DNA of 63,992 nt, the filler included, from Basidioascus undulatus (lineage: Eukaryota): NCBI GenBank assembly GCA_000826855.1. It is 4 parts of 4 records of this genome, joined end to end, with 100 filler letters (N's around TTAATTAATTAA, not from the genome) between each part and the next. Parts side by side here need not be neighbours in the genome. Positions count along the whole stretch, not along the records: positions 1 to 15,969 come from JTLS01000613.1; positions 16,070 to 32,028 come from JTLS01000614.1; positions 32,129 to 48,086 come from JTLS01000615.1; 1 more part is not named here. The stretch is one strand, 5' to 3'. Below, piece after piece: positions 13,392 through 34,117 of this stretch (position 1 is its first letter; every line of letters starts with the position of its first letter). The notes under the pieces are model-generated. The model saw nothing but the letters and a program-made list of their open reading frames with translations, did not search any database and was not told the origin of the DNA. Made by a program: the position numbers and the translations under genes.

Positions 13392-14633
13392 GTTGGTGAT
13401 AACTAGGGGTGATGCGAGGTGCTTGCTGGTCAAGTCCAAGGCTCGATATAGAGGGTTGCTGGCGCACGGACGCCGAGGCGTCGGAGGCGACGTTGCAGGG
13501 GCGGCGTGGGAATCGTGCCTTGGCTGTGCACTGCCACCGTTTAACTTTGGTTTCACTGCTCGTATTCTTCCTTCTTTATTCCATGGGGGTTTGAGTGAAC
13601 GGATTGAATTTGGCGGCCCCCTGTATTGACTTTAAAACACTCAGGCTGAGAGAAGTGAGAGAACGTGCAGGTCGGACGGTGTTTGATTATGGATGCCAAG
13701 ATCCTACCCAGAGCCCCGAGGAATTCCTTGCGAACCAGCATGACATGTTGTTAAGTCTTTATTTGCATGGAAGTTCAGCTCCGAAGTATTGTGGTCTTAA
13801 ATGCTCATTGATAGTCACATCCAACAGCGCTCCAACTTGCACGACAGCCGACCAGGCACGCCGGCCCTGCCTGCGGGGGGCGCATGGCTACCATCGACCT
13901 ACCAAACGCCGAAGTGACCTGATGTAACAAAACTGGGGGGTCTTTGGATAGTCGAAATGGTTCGTGTGCACCCATCCGCAACCCTCTAGGAACGAAACCC
14001 GGCGCGAACAACTCACACATAGCCCGAGCGGTCTGAGTGTACATGCCTGGGGATGAAACGATGCGCCTTGTCGGGCCTTGTCCCACCAATATCGTATGGT
14101 TCGCAGAATCAAACTATCATCTACACAAAGCATTGAGATGGCATTGAAGTCAGATTCCTGCTCAGCAAACAGAGTTCTACTGTAGCTTAGGGGCGACGCA
14201 GCTGTCGAGGAGGTACCAAAAACCGCTGCGTCTGCAGGACGGCCTTGTGGTTAATTCCAGGTTGCTATGCTTGTAATCCATACCATTTTTCCATGTGTGA
14301 TGGGGGTTGTCGATGTTTCAGTATGCAATGCAGAAGCGCAACGAGTCCTTCCGGTGGGGCGGGCTTTACTGTAGGAGGAAACAAGTACTTTTTCAAGATG
14401 TGTCTTATCGGATACCATTCGAATGATCGTCGAGATTCATGGAAACCGGTCTTGTGAGCGTGGCGGTGACAGGGCATTCTTTGGCGCCCACTCGGAGTCG
14501 AGACCAAGCGTGATCCGGAACCAAAGGAGAAGTTCGCGCCTTGCAAACGCTTTGAGCGCGTTCTTTGCTTTTGCTTTCTCGCCACTACTGCTTGGTCTTT
14601 GCCACCCTCTTTTCTCTAATCCACATAGATAAA

Positions 14634-15969
14634 ATGGCTACAACGAGCCCGACTACCGACAAGTCGTTCTCGATCCAGGGCCGGGGCCTCAAGCTCGACT
14701 CGCGCGAGGACATCGAGCCCGTGCTCGCCGAGCTGCGCGCGATCGAGGACGTCGAGGACGTGCACTTTGGCGGGAACACGCTCGGCGTGGAGGCGTGCAA
14801 GGCGCTGGCCGAGGTGCTGGAGCAGAAGAAGTCCATCAAGGTGCGTTGACTATTCGAGTCTTAGGGGTCTGCGCTGGTAGCAGCCCGGGGCGTGAAGATG
14901 CTGAAGCTGGTATTGGGATGGCGTGTAGATTGCCGACTTCTCCGACATCTTCACCGGCCGTCTGATCAGCGAGATCCCGGATGCGCTGCGCGCCATCTGC
15001 GATGCCCTCGCGACGAATGAGAACCTCGTCGAGATCAACCTCTCCGATAACGCCTTCGGCGGGCGCTCCGCCGAGCCGATGGTCCACTTCCTCACCAACA
15101 ACCACCACTTCTCCGTCCTCAAGCTCAACAACAACGGCCTCGGCGTCACTGGCGGCACGATTATCGCGAACGCTCTCATCGCCGCCGCGGACGAAAACGA
15201 CAAGGCCGGGCGGGCGTCGGCCCTCCGCGTCGTCGTCTGCGGCCGGAACCGGCTCGAGAACGGCTCGGCGCCGCTCTTCGCCGAGGCGTTCAAGCGCCAC
15301 GGCGGCCTGACCGAGGTGCGCATGCCTCAGAACGGCATCCGGATGGAGGGCATCGAGGCGCTCGCGCACGGCCTCGCGTCGTGCACGAACCTTGAGACGC
15401 TCGACCTCCAGGACAACACGGCGACGCTCAAGGGCTCGCGCGCGATCGCCCGCGCGCTCCCCTCCTGGCCGCACCTCAAAACCCTCAACCTCTCCGACCT
15501 CCTCCTCGGCCCCAAGGGCGGCATCTCCATCGCGACCGCGCTCGGCAAGGGCGCGAATCCCAAGCTCGAGACGCTCAAGCTTCAGTATGGCGAGTGGGAC
15601 CACCGCGCACTCGGCCTCCTCGCCACCGCCATCTCCGAACACTTCTCTGGCCTCACCACCCTGGAGATCAACGGCAACCGCGCGGACCCGGAAGACGACG
15701 TGATCGAGAAGATCAAGGAGGCGCTGGCCAAGGTGAGTTTCTGGCTGTTCCGTCTCACACGAGCGCAGCTGATGCGGGAGCCTTTTCAGCACGGCCACGA
15801 GGACGCTCTGGATGAGCTGGACGACATGGAGGAGGTTCCGGAGGATGAGGAAGAGGTGGAGGAGGAGGATGAGGAGCCTACGGCCGAGGAGAAGGAGGAG
15901 CCCACGGCCGAGGAGAAGGAGGAGCCCACGGCCGAGGAGAAGGAGGAGCCCACGGCCGAGGAGAAGGAG
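14634..15969 (+). CDS. RNA1: Ran GTPase-activating protein (LRRs plus acidic tail), 3' truncated at the contig end
   Basis: GRGLKLD, GGNTLGVEAC, ADFSDIFTGRLISEIP, NLSDNAFG, CGRNRLENGS and MPQNGIR, followed by a Glu-rich tail. Confidence 0.95.
15871..15969 (+). repeat. 24-nt coding minisatellite, at least 4 copies (EEPTAEEK), in the RanGAP acidic tail
   Basis: GAGGAGCCYACGGCCGAGGAGAAG x4 runs into the N gap. Confidence 0.95.
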
Positions 15970-16069
15970 NNNNNNNNNNNNNNNNNNNNNNNNNNNNNNN
16001 NNNNNNNNNNNNNTTAATTAATTAANNNNNNNNNNNNNNNNNNNNNNNNNNNNNNNNNNNNNNNNNNNN
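15970..16069. other. Artificial contig spacer
   Basis: N44-TTAATTAATTAA-N44 (stops in all six frames). Confidence 0.98.
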
Positions 16070-16256
16070 GGGGGGCAGTGAAAGGTGAGATGGGTGGTGT
16101 GACGGACGAGGAAAGGAGCTTGTCGAGGGAAGGTGTGAGCGCATATGACAATATGAGGAAAAGCAACTCGGTCGGAAGATTCGAAATGCTGGGCGAGTGA
16201 AAGATCTTCAGCGTCGGGGGGGGAGACGGAGGGGAATCCTGATGAAGCAAACGCAC
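16070..16256 (-). CDS. N-terminal fragment of an F-box-like protein, cut by the contig end
   Basis: SISNLPTELLFLILSYAL matches the F-box LPxELLxxI pattern. Confidence 0.5.
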
Positions 16257-16858
16257 TGATCCGTCCTCTGCACGTGGCTATGATCGCTACCTTCTTTAAG
16301 ATCCATTCCTTCACGCTGCCGTACAATTTTCAAACTCGGAAGACGAAGGTGAGGGGGAGAGGAGAAGCCAAAAGTCGATTTCCGAGGGTCGCGAGAGCTT
16401 TGCCGGACCTTAATTGGCAAACTATTCCCGGGTAGATATCAGAGGCTGCCAGAAGAAATACCATATTTAAGGAGGTTCGAGAAATCCTCAATAAAAGTAA
16501 ATGCCGATACGCTCACAAAGACCGGCCATCGTATTACTCGCAACACCAGCTGGCGTGCAGCCGGCCGCGAGCATGCTTTCAGCATGCTTTCACGGCGGGC
16601 AGGCGCACAGAATGCCGAAGAAGGATGTCTTGTTCGTGTTCTTTTCTTCTATTGTGGATTTCCCTGTGGCTATTGGGGCAGTGGGAACCACGTCAACAGT
16701 GTTTTGATTCCGAGCAGCCCGGTCAAGGCTGTGCAACATATCTGCGGACGGCACTGCGCCTCCGACACATAAAACCCTCGCGGGCGCCAGTCCCGGGGTG
16801 TCTGCCTTCTTCGTGCTTAGGACTAGTATTTCCAACCGCTAGTCAAAGAATTACTATC

Positions 16859-17746
16859 ATGGCCACCTTCACATTCGCCAAATCCGACATCTTCAACACG
16901 TTCGACATCACGGACGACGCCGGCCGAGTCGCATACCGAGTCCACTCGCATGGGTTGGGGATCATGTCTGAGCGGGTATGCCACTGAAAAAAAACAGTAT
17001 TACTTTCATTCCAACAGCTGACGATGTGATCCGGGCCCTCCCTTCCACAGCACGTCTACCTTCTGCGGCCGGATGGTCAGGCCATCGCCAGCGACTGGGC
17101 CGGGCTGGCCGGTGGTATCGGCGGAAAGTGTACCTTTCTGGGACGTCCGTTGAAGCTACAGGAGTTCCTGCCCAAGCCGAGGAAGGGCATGTACGTCTAA
17201 GCTGGCAGATCCATTCGGGCTGGCACATTTACCACTGTCCACTCCTTTGTACCCTGGGTCGCTTACCTTCGCCACGGACAGATACAACATCTTGGGACCA
17301 GACGGCCGCAGATACAACTGGGTCAAAACCGACAAGACGAAAGCGCGTACCGTGAGTTTGCGTTATGCTGCAACACGGCGCACCCACTCTGGGCAACGGC
17401 ACCCGACCACTGATCTCTTCTCCCGTACCTACAGCTCGTTGATCCATCCCAGAATTTGGCCATTGCAAAGTTCCAGTACGGTTCGAAACGCACGTTCCAA
17501 AAGGAGAAGCTGCCCGTCCTACAAGTCGCACCGCAAGCCTTCGGGCCCTTGCTGGACGCCGTGTTCAGGTGTGTGTTTCTCGTTCCGCTCCCGTCACTTT
17601 TCAGACTCGAATTCACATATATGAGGATTTTAAGCACCCTCATCTTCCTAGCAGCGCGCCAGAACTCGGAGAAGATCGACATCGACGAGGACGACGAGGA
17701 CGCGATGTGGCTTGAAGAGTTGTCCTGGGCATTCCTTCCGCTGTAG
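16859..17746 (+). CDS. Hypothetical small multi-exon protein (DUF6593-like)
   Basis: MATFTFAKSDIFNTFDITDDAGRVAYRV..RYNILGPDGRRYNWVK..IAKFQYGSKRTF..LLDAVF, linked by canonical GT-AG introns. Confidence 0.55.
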
Positions 17747-17999
17747 AGAGCGATGGAAAAAAGAATAAAGCACGTTTAGTACGATCAGTTTCCGAACCGC
17801 TGCTGAGAAGTGCTATTGCCGTGACTGTTTTCACGCTGACTGCAGTTTCAAGCGGTGTTCCCCAACAACTTCTTGCGCAAGTCCCTAAACCTGGATAAAC
17901 TAGAGAATTGTTACATAACTAAAAATGGACACATTTAATGGAAAATAGTTATGCAATGCCAGCACAACCGGGAAAGAGACAGTTTCCCCCGACCACGCT

Positions 18000-20875
18000 T
18001 TACCGTCCTACGGACTTCTTTTCAAGGTAGCGAAGCGGAACGTAGGCCACAGACGTGAACGTCTTATGGGTATAGCCCTCCATCAGCACCTCAACTTCGG
18101 TATTCCAAGGGCCCTTTGGATCACTCACCAAGCAGAGAAGCCACGAGATGTCTCCACCCGAAGTTCCAATCTTCCCCGCGATGGGACCTGTCCACCACGC
18201 CTGTAGCAGTTTGTCTCGAATGAGCACGGGGTTGTACACCAGCCTAGTGGGGAAACTTGTAATGACGTACTTGAGCCAACCCGGTAATGGCACCGACCGC
18301 ACCGCAGCAACCGGCCCCGACGGCAGCGTGCCCAACTGGCATGCGTCGGCGGTCCTGGTAGGCAGAGAGGTCGTATGCACAGAGCGATCCCTTGCTAAAA
18401 ACGTCGAATGCTACATTAGACCCTGATGTACGTTTTAAGACAGCTGAGTCTAACTCACCGGAAGACGAAATGTTCGGCGACCATGACGGCTATGTAAATG
18501 CTGAGCCAGGCGCCCAACACCTTAAGAGATCGAGATGAGTGAGACGTTCTGTTCCATAAGCCAACCCATTATCCAACTAAAGCGCACATTCCTGGAAGAC
18601 GCGGAAAGGAGGCGGGTCAGACAGAGTAAGCGGAGGTCCCAGGGGCCTTGGGTTTGCGTACATGAAGCTCTCAAGCGAATGGACAAAGGAGGTAGCTGCT
18701 GCAATGGCGATTGGGACTGCGAAAACGACCAAGTTTAGTGAAGATCAGCTATACACGCTACCCGACAAGAAATTACTGTAGATCGCCGTGATGCAGATTG
18801 GCCAGACGAATTGCGGGATGATGTTGAAGTAGGTGCTAATACTTGCAACCGAGCAGCCGAAACTATCCTTTGCGCTTCAGCCATTACGAGTTCCCTCAGT
18901 TATCATAAAAGAAGATGCACGAATAGACGTTAACAACTGTCTCCACGCACCACGGTCAGTCTTGCAGTGGATAAACTGCATTGCAGGACTCACTGTTGTT
19001 GGCAATGACGGAAAAGACGAGGACCACCATGAGGAATTTTGCAAATCCTCCGTGTCCAAGCGCGGCTCCGATGAGCCCACCAAGCTCCTCGGTGTTGTAC
19101 GCAGCCATCCAGGTCGGCTGGTTAAGCGCTGCACACATGACAGCCGTGCCGAGGGACATGACCAGGATGAGGGGCTGCCAGATGGTGAATTATCGCAATG
19201 GTCAGAATACTACAAAATTTATCAACCTAGCGGCTAATTGACACACTGTTACGAGTCCAGCGAACGTCCAGAAGAAGACCTTATGGGCGGGTGTATGGGC
19301 GGGCTGGTAAACCTGTGATGCACAGTGGCTTTCAGTCCCTCTCAGTCACAAAGTGCAGCCGTATGACACTCACAGTGTAATCGGAGGCAAGACTGCTCCA
19401 CCCCACCCCGTCTGTATGCGAAGACAAATGAGTTGGTAGTTGCTCGCTGAAGTGATGCTGGGCGACCTACAGCCCCAAATCGTGGAAGCGAAGCTCAGGA
19501 TGCCGGCTGCTTCGCTTGAGCCCGTTCCCATTGGCGTATTGACAAAGTTCTTGGCCGTAAGTCCAAGTATAATTACGAAGACAATTGCAGTCGGCATCCA
19601 AGCGAAACGCTGCCGGAAGCTGGTCAGCCCTCAGCTCGAGGGTGCCGCAACGTGACACTCACATCGAAATAGTGGATATAGCGATATCCCACGACCCCAA
19701 GGCTGGCATGGATACATCAATAACAGAGACCCCTGGCACCAGTATTGCACTGACATCAGCGTAAGAACGGCCAGGATGACAATGCCCACTGCGTGAGAGA
19801 TGTCTAGATCGGCTACGACACGCAAGGTCTGAGCACCTAGTTGCAGGCCTAGGGTGAGCAAGGGCTCAGTATGGGTTGCTTAAAGGGAAGAACATCTCTA
19901 CCGGCAATGCTGTTTATTGTGCTCCAGCCTGTATTCGTTCCTATGTAAGCCCCCTTGTGTCATCATCTCACAAAGAAGCCGCGTACCGATGCAAGCAATA
20001 CTGCAGAGACCGGGTATGACGTTCAGTACCTTTGGATTCAAGAGAGGATTTTTCAAGTAACCCACACGTTGAGAATCGCGACGAGCTAATGATTGGGGAT
20101 GTCAGCGTGGCCTCCAACGGTGTCCAGCCCCATTAGAACCAGCCAGGACACACTTTGGTGCCCCACCATCCCCACATGTACCTGCTGACCACCATTTGCC
20201 GCAAGCCAGTCTTTACGCCTATACAAGAATGTCAGAGGAGCTATACTTCAGATCCAAGCTGGGAAATAGCCTCACCGAAGACAGAGAAGAACGCCGGAAT
20301 TGCCGCAGCTGCGCAAGCGTTGTTCATGAGATACCAGACCAGCTAAAATCGGGGACTTCAAAATTCTCACCAAGCGCATTGAATACTACGATGCAAATTA
20401 AGGAGTCACCCAGTCCCAGGCCAAATATAGCGGGTCCCTAGTCAACCCGAGTAAGTCGGTTGGTCCATTGAGTGTCTCCTTGTGGACGGAGCGACCTACG
20501 AGGATGCCCAGAGAAAACGTGGACAGAACCTATCCAAACATTTTTAGCTCAGAACAGGGATTCAAGAAGGATGGAGTGCACGAACCGTGTTGGCAGACAG
20601 CCAGACTTCAGCGCACTGCCAGACGCGGCTGCGGGGATCGCGGTCCTCTGTGCATCCGCCAGGTCTATGGTCGAGCAATAGTGGGATTTCAGGACTGGAT
20701 TAAACCTACCTTCGGTCACCCTTTTCACGCCCTGAACCTCAATACCAAGTTTGCGCTCCACCGTGGCGATCTTTGCTCGCCACGCCGGTGCGGGAGCTGG
20801 CTGATCCTGGCTGACCTTGACGACTTGGGCGCCGTGCTCCACGTCTTTGAAGCTCTTCTCGTCGGTGGAGGACAT
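18000..20875 (-). CDS. FCY2: Purine-cytosine permease (NCS1 family), many exons
   Basis: KLGIEVQGVKRV, STFSLGILGPAIFGLGL, FGPKTGLRQMV, LMVVLVFSVIANN, QAWWTGPIAGKIG..GGDI and YVPLRYLEKKSVGR*. Confidence 0.9.
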
Positions 20876-21231
20876 AACGGATGGGATGTAGGCCTGTGAA
20901 CAATTGGGGATAGAGTCAACACACCTCTGGTCCGCCGACTTGGCCTTTAAGCGGTTCTTACCAAGCTCTCCTCGGCGTGCGCATCAAGGGACGGACGAGC
21001 GATAAGGGGGCGGAGCGATAACAGTCGCTTGTGAAACATCATATCCCCGAAATTAGTGATTGATCTGTCCGTCCCACAGCAGAAAGCTTCCTTGGCCGAC
21101 GGAGTTCCGCTTGAAATCCGGGGTAATGCCAGATAACGGCGTTTCTTCATCCGTACCTCCGTCTTCCTCTCCCTTGCTTTCCCTCACCCGAGGACCAGGC
21201 TTGCCGCGCTTCGACACGCCTTGTATACGAC

Positions 21232-22004
21232 ATGTTCACTCAGGAGCAGGATCTTGCACATCTCCGCCTCGCGCTGGCGCAGGCGCAGAAGTCCGAGGGC
21301 GAAGGGGGAGTTCCCATCGGGTGCGTCTTGGTCGATAGGGACACATAGTTCTTAGAGGTTCTTATAGACCATTTTTAAAAGGCGCTAATCCATCCCGCTC
21401 GCTGTCCATGACCAGGGCTGCGCTTGTGCACAAGTCTGGCAAAGTACTCAGCGTCGGGCACAACTGCCGCGTACAAAAGAACTCGAACACACTTCACGCC
21501 GAGATGTGAGCTCTTTCATTTAGAAACCCTAATATTGCACAATGCTGAAGATGTTCTTGAAGGGACTGCCTTGAGCGCTTTGGGCGCCCGGACCCCTCGA
21601 AGGGTGGGATTCGCGTCTTGCGAGAGTGCACAATGTACACGACGTACGTCTTCGCGCATCATTCTGTCAAAACACATTGTCAAGAGACACTCACTGAACT
21701 TCGCTAAAAGCCTTTCTCCCTGCATCATGTGCTCGGCTACGTGCGTCCTATACGGCATTCCTCGAGTTGTTCTCGGGGAGAATCGGACATTTGTCGGCGG
21801 CGAGGATCTGCTGAAAAGCAAGAGCGTGGAGGTGAGTGCACCCCGCGGCTTAAAGGGGCGTTCGCTGAACTAAAGTTCACAAAGGTTATAAATCTCGACG
21901 ACGCGGAATGTCGCGATATGATGAAGACTTGGGTGGAAGGCAAAGGCAAGAAGATCTGGTGGGAGGACATTGGGTTGGACGAGGATGAGGCCACCGCTAT
22001 CTAG
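21232..22004 (+). CDS. FCY1: Fungal-type cytosine deaminase, multi-exon
   Basis: EGGVPIG, GHNCRVQKNSNTLHAE, LSPCIMC (Zn-binding HAE/PCxxC), YGIPRVVLGEN and WWEDIG. Confidence 0.93.
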
Positions 22005-22347
22005 AGCAGGCAACAGTCCCCCACGGCAAACATGAGTACGAAAAGAATACAGACCATTTGAAGATTTGGAGTGGGCGCCGAGCGGTCCACTGTGCCTGTA
22101 CGCGCGAGCACTCACACGGAAGCCTACACCGGCGACAGAAAACCAATGTTCAGTAACGTTCGTTACATCAGTTCTACATGGTTTACGTAGTTTGAACAAG
22201 CTCAAGCTAAGGGTCGAGGAATAAGCAGGAGGTCCTCCGCGAGTACTCTGGATTCGTTTGCTGACAGCAGTTGAGTTCTCGTATGCAGCAGGCCGCGAGG
22301 AACGCCGTCCGTTTTCTTCTCTCTTCACCATCATCAAAGAGTTCGAG

Positions 22348-25884
<3,537 letters not shown>

Positions 25885-26139
25885 GGACTGCGCGTTGTCT
25901 TGCTGCGAGAGACTAGATGAAAAGAACTTGACGTGGCGCCCTTAGGTTGAAAAGAAACCTTTGCTCGAGACTGCACGCGAAGCACTTCCCATCTTATTCG
26001 CTCGTTGCAATGTGGGCGGCAACTTGCCATCTTGAACGTGCACCGGGGGTGCATCCATCGTGAATCTCATCTACCCAGCGTCGTGGTAGCATAGCCGCGC
26101 CTCGCAAAAATGAAATAGAACGCCCTATCACATAGCCGT

Positions 26140-30498
<4,359 letters not shown>

Positions 30499-30538
30499 CC
30501 CCAGCCCGAGCACCAGCACCCCCCGCCCAAGCAGCAGC

Positions 30539-32028
30539 ATGCGCTTTATGCCCTTCTCTTCGTCCTCGTCTTCCTCCATCCCCGCGCCCACATCCCCCTC
30601 CAAGCCCACCCTTGCGCCCCTCCCCCGCCCATCTACCGCCCCGGCCCTCCCCAAGGCGCCCCTCCTCAGCGTTCCCGCACCCGAGGACGGCGCACCCACC
30701 CCCGCCCTGCGCGTGCCCGACCCCCACACGCTGCGCACGTTCCATGCGCACCTGTACGTGCACGGCTTTCTGAAGGGGAAGGGCGCGGACGTCGTGCTCC
30801 GCGTGAAGAGGTGGGGCCTTGAGTATCGCGCGCATAGGGTTGTGTTGATGCAGGCTGTGCGTGCAAGAGTCTCCGGTTGCGGGAGAGGGAGATGAGGCTG
30901 ATGTGTGTGGGTGGTTTGAGGGCGACAGGGATTCTTCGCGGCACTGTTTGATGGAGGGTTCAGCGAGGACACGGACGTGCTGCACGAGGGCGAGCGCGTG
31001 GTCAACATGCAGTTTGACGACCCGACTATCACGCGAGCTGCATTCGAGTGCGTCCCTCTCTCCCCCTCTCCCTCCTCCCTTCCCCATCTCCCCATCTCCC
31101 TCTACCTTCCTCGCCCACAATCCGGCATAATGAACTCCTGTTCCGCTGAACCAGGATCTGCCTCGCGCACCTATACGGGTCCGGCCCCGCCCTGCACCTC
31201 TCCCCCCTCGAAACGCCCACCGCCCTCCACCCCCTCACGCCTCTCTTTCCCTCCTCCTCCTCCCCGTCCGCCCACTCCTCCTCCACATCCCCCCACTCCT
31301 ATCCCCGGGGAGTCCAGCCCGCCATCCCCCGCCTCAACATCGCTCTCCTCTCCGCGTCGCTCTACCTCGGCATCCCGGCGCTCACGCACAAAGCCACGCG
31401 CCTCATCCTCGCCTCCATCGCTCCGCACACTGTTGCGTTCTACTTGCGGTTCGCGCTGGGGCATGCTGTGAGCATGGAGGAGGAGGAGGGGGACGGCGAT
31501 GGGGGGGCGGCGGTGGGGCTGGAGGGGGTTGGGAGGGCTTGGGTGGTGCAGGGTGAAGAAAAGGATGATGGAAGTTCGAGGACTGTGAGAGGGGAGAGCG
31601 TGCTCGAGGAACATGAGGGAGAGGAGGACGGGCAAGTGGAGGAGGGGGAGAAGGTGGATAATTCTTCGGCGGCGGCGTCTTCTTCGGAGGCAGAGGAGGA
31701 AGAGGAGGCCGAGGAGGAAGAGGAGGCCGAGGATGAGGACGACTCCCCGCAGTACAGTTACGGCTCCGCCGGCGACAAGGTTCTTCCTTCCCCTCCCTCC
31801 CCTCTTCCCGCAACTTACTCTGTCCCGCAACCCCCGCACAGATCGGCGAAGCCTGCGCGTGCTACCTCTCACGCTGGTCCCTCGACCTGCTGCCGCTCGA
31901 AGAATCCCTCCACCCGCCCACTTCCTCTCACCCGCTTCCCCTCCTGCCAAGCCCCACGCCTCCCCGCACCCTACTCAGCAGACGCGCAACCCTAACCGCC
32001 TCTCCCTCTCCCCAACCCAGAACCCCTT
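30539..32028 (+). CDS. BTB/POZ-domain protein, multi-exon, 3' truncated; start uncertain
   Basis: ADVVLRVKRWGLEYRAHRVVLMQA/GFFAALFDGGFSE..MQFDDPTITRAAFE/ICLAHLYG..YGSAGDK/IGEACACYL, with GT-AG introns at ~30857-30928 and ~31048-31154. Confidence 0.8.
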
Positions 32029-32128
32029 NNNNNNNNNNNNNNNNNNNNNNNNNNNNNNNNNNNNNNNNNNNNTTAATTAATTAANNNNNNNNNNNNNNNN
32101 NNNNNNNNNNNNNNNNNNNNNNNNNNNN
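32029..32128. other. Artificial contig spacer
   Basis: N44-TTAATTAATTAA-N44. Confidence 0.98.
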
Positions 32129-32146
32129 CGTGTGCTCTTCCGATCT
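32129..32146 (+). other. Untrimmed Illumina TruSeq adapter remnant
   Basis: CGTGTGCTCTTCCGATCT is the 3' end of the read-2 primer/adapter and sits exactly at the contig start. Confidence 0.92.
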
Positions 32147-32258
32147 GGTATTGGTGTCGCGTCTACTGAGGGGCTCGAGGAGGAGCTGGAGCGGAACCGC
32201 AAGGGCGGAGGGTACATCGAGAAGGAGGAGTTCTTGAGACGGGGGATGAGCGGGTAGT
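32147..32258 (+). CDS. C-terminal fragment of a BCNT-domain (Swc5/CFDP1-like) protein
   Basis: EGLEEELERNRKGGGYIEKEEFLRR resembles the end of the BCNT domain. Confidence 0.6.
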
Positions 32259-32439
32259 GAATGTGCAGGTGGGATGTGGACAGAGACTTGGCTGGAACAT
32301 GATATTGCTTGACCTGAATTGAAACCCTTTGAAGGGGCCGAATCTGAAGCCCGAAACTGCTTTCACCGCTTCCATAGGGTGCGCGACAATGTCTTTGCAC
32401 ATCCGCACGACAAAAGAATGCATGCATTATTAGGTAGGG

Positions 32440-34117
32440 TAACCAGTAACAGGGGTGATGACGCATAATCGTCGTGCTTGGAAAGGGTAGCAACCTCCTT
32501 CTCGAGCTCCCCGATGCGCGCGCACGCCTCCAAGAGCTCCTTCTCGAGGTCAGACTCAGACTCGGAGCGTCTGAAGCGAATGAACCATGCGCTTCTTCGA
32601 ACGTGCAGCAGGTCTCGACGTCCTCTTTGGATGTCTTATCGCCCGCCGCGTCCGCCGTGTTGTTTGGGTCTGCGTCCTTCGCGTCGCACTGCACGCCGGC
32701 GCCGGACAGGCTGAACGCGCCGTCGATGCCTTTGAAGTTGCCGTTCTGGAGCTTCCATGTAGTGCAGATGATTTGGTTCATAGTCTCATGTAAATAGTGA
32801 CAGTTGAGATGAGATGAGAGGAGATGCGAACCTTGCAAGCAACATGGTCTGTGCCGCTTCGGTGGTCCAGCCTAAAGAAAAGGGTCGTCCCGCCCATGGT
32901 TCAGCAACACTGTCGATGCACGGCTTGACCTGTCTCAAGCACTCACCGTTGATAAAACCGCCGTGAGAATAGTACGAATTCCCACTGGCCAGCTCGAACG
33001 GAGCGGGGCTAGACCACTCCCCCTATCCGCGCGCTGTCATCGCATTCCCCCATCCAAATCAGAAACCCTCCACAACGCTCGCTCTACCGCACAACGCACC
33101 GTCATACCGAATTGAGAACCGCAACTGGGGGATGCTCTCATCCTGTCCGGACACGCATAATTGACGCGCAAGTTTCCCGCTTATCGGTACGAGCCGAGGT
33201 CGTCCGGGTTGACGCAGTTGGGGAGGAGGAGTTTCTGAGGTGCGTCTTGCACGCCTTTGTCGGGAACGACACGGGGTCGCCCACTTTCGTTTCGCCCTCG
33301 CACACCCATTGCACGCCTTCATCGGAACTGCAAAGAAATAAACTATCAGACAAGTCGACAGGGCCGGATTTGGGAGAGGACAGACGTACCTCAGGTCGGT
33401 CTGCTGCGTCCCGGTGATGTTCCCCGCGACCAGCATGAGGCTTTCGGGAAAGGGAATCGGCTTCGTCGAAGCCCTAAACATATATATGAGTCCCCTGATC
33501 CGCGGAGGTGTACTCACGATGTAGTAATTGCTGAAGCGCGAGATCGGGACTTTTCCGTGCCACCCGAACTGGTGTAGTACACCGCTGGAGGAGTGCATAC
33601 GGCACGTCAGCTTTGAAACCTTGAATAGAAGGTCGCGGCTGGGTCTCTTACTAGGAACTGGTAGGAATAAAAATAGTAAAGCTAGAAATGTCTGGAGGGA
33701 AAGAACAAGGAAGGCGCTGATCCCAGTACGCTGGGCGGCAACGACGACGGTCAGTCCTCAACACTCGACATACGACGCTTCTCAGCCCAAAACCCACCAG
33801 ACAGATCATTCGGATTTATCATCTACACGACTCAAAAGACGTCAGCTGTGCCACCCCGCTCGGGTCTATGAAAGTGTGCAGCACACCGTCGTGCCACCGC
33901 GGTGACCGGGTCCGAGCCGAAGAAGGTAATGCACGTGCGACGTTTACTGTCCCGGCAGGAGGATCGGGTCGATCGTCTGGCGGATGAACCTATCGCAGCA
34001 GCCAGCACGTTTCAGTATGGGCGGGAAGATGGAGAGGCTCAGATGTACGTTGTGTAGGCGCAGTGTAAGAAAAGACGGAAAGTGCGACCAGCGCAGAAAC
34101 AATGCGGAAGCAGCCAT
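32440..34117 (-). pseudogene. DUF1996-domain protein, disrupted; ends approximate
   Basis: IDPILLPGQ*TSHVH-(frameshift)-FFGSD, NYY, PFPESLMLVAGN, FPTKAC, IPQLRFSIRYD and ELASGNSYYSHGGFINGW. TAA at 33944-33946 plus several frame changes. Confidence 0.75.

Noticed and set aside
16014..16025. TTAATTAATTAA as a biological palindrome or repeat
   Set aside because: It is identical and centred in all three N gaps, so it is a synthetic six-frame stop linker.
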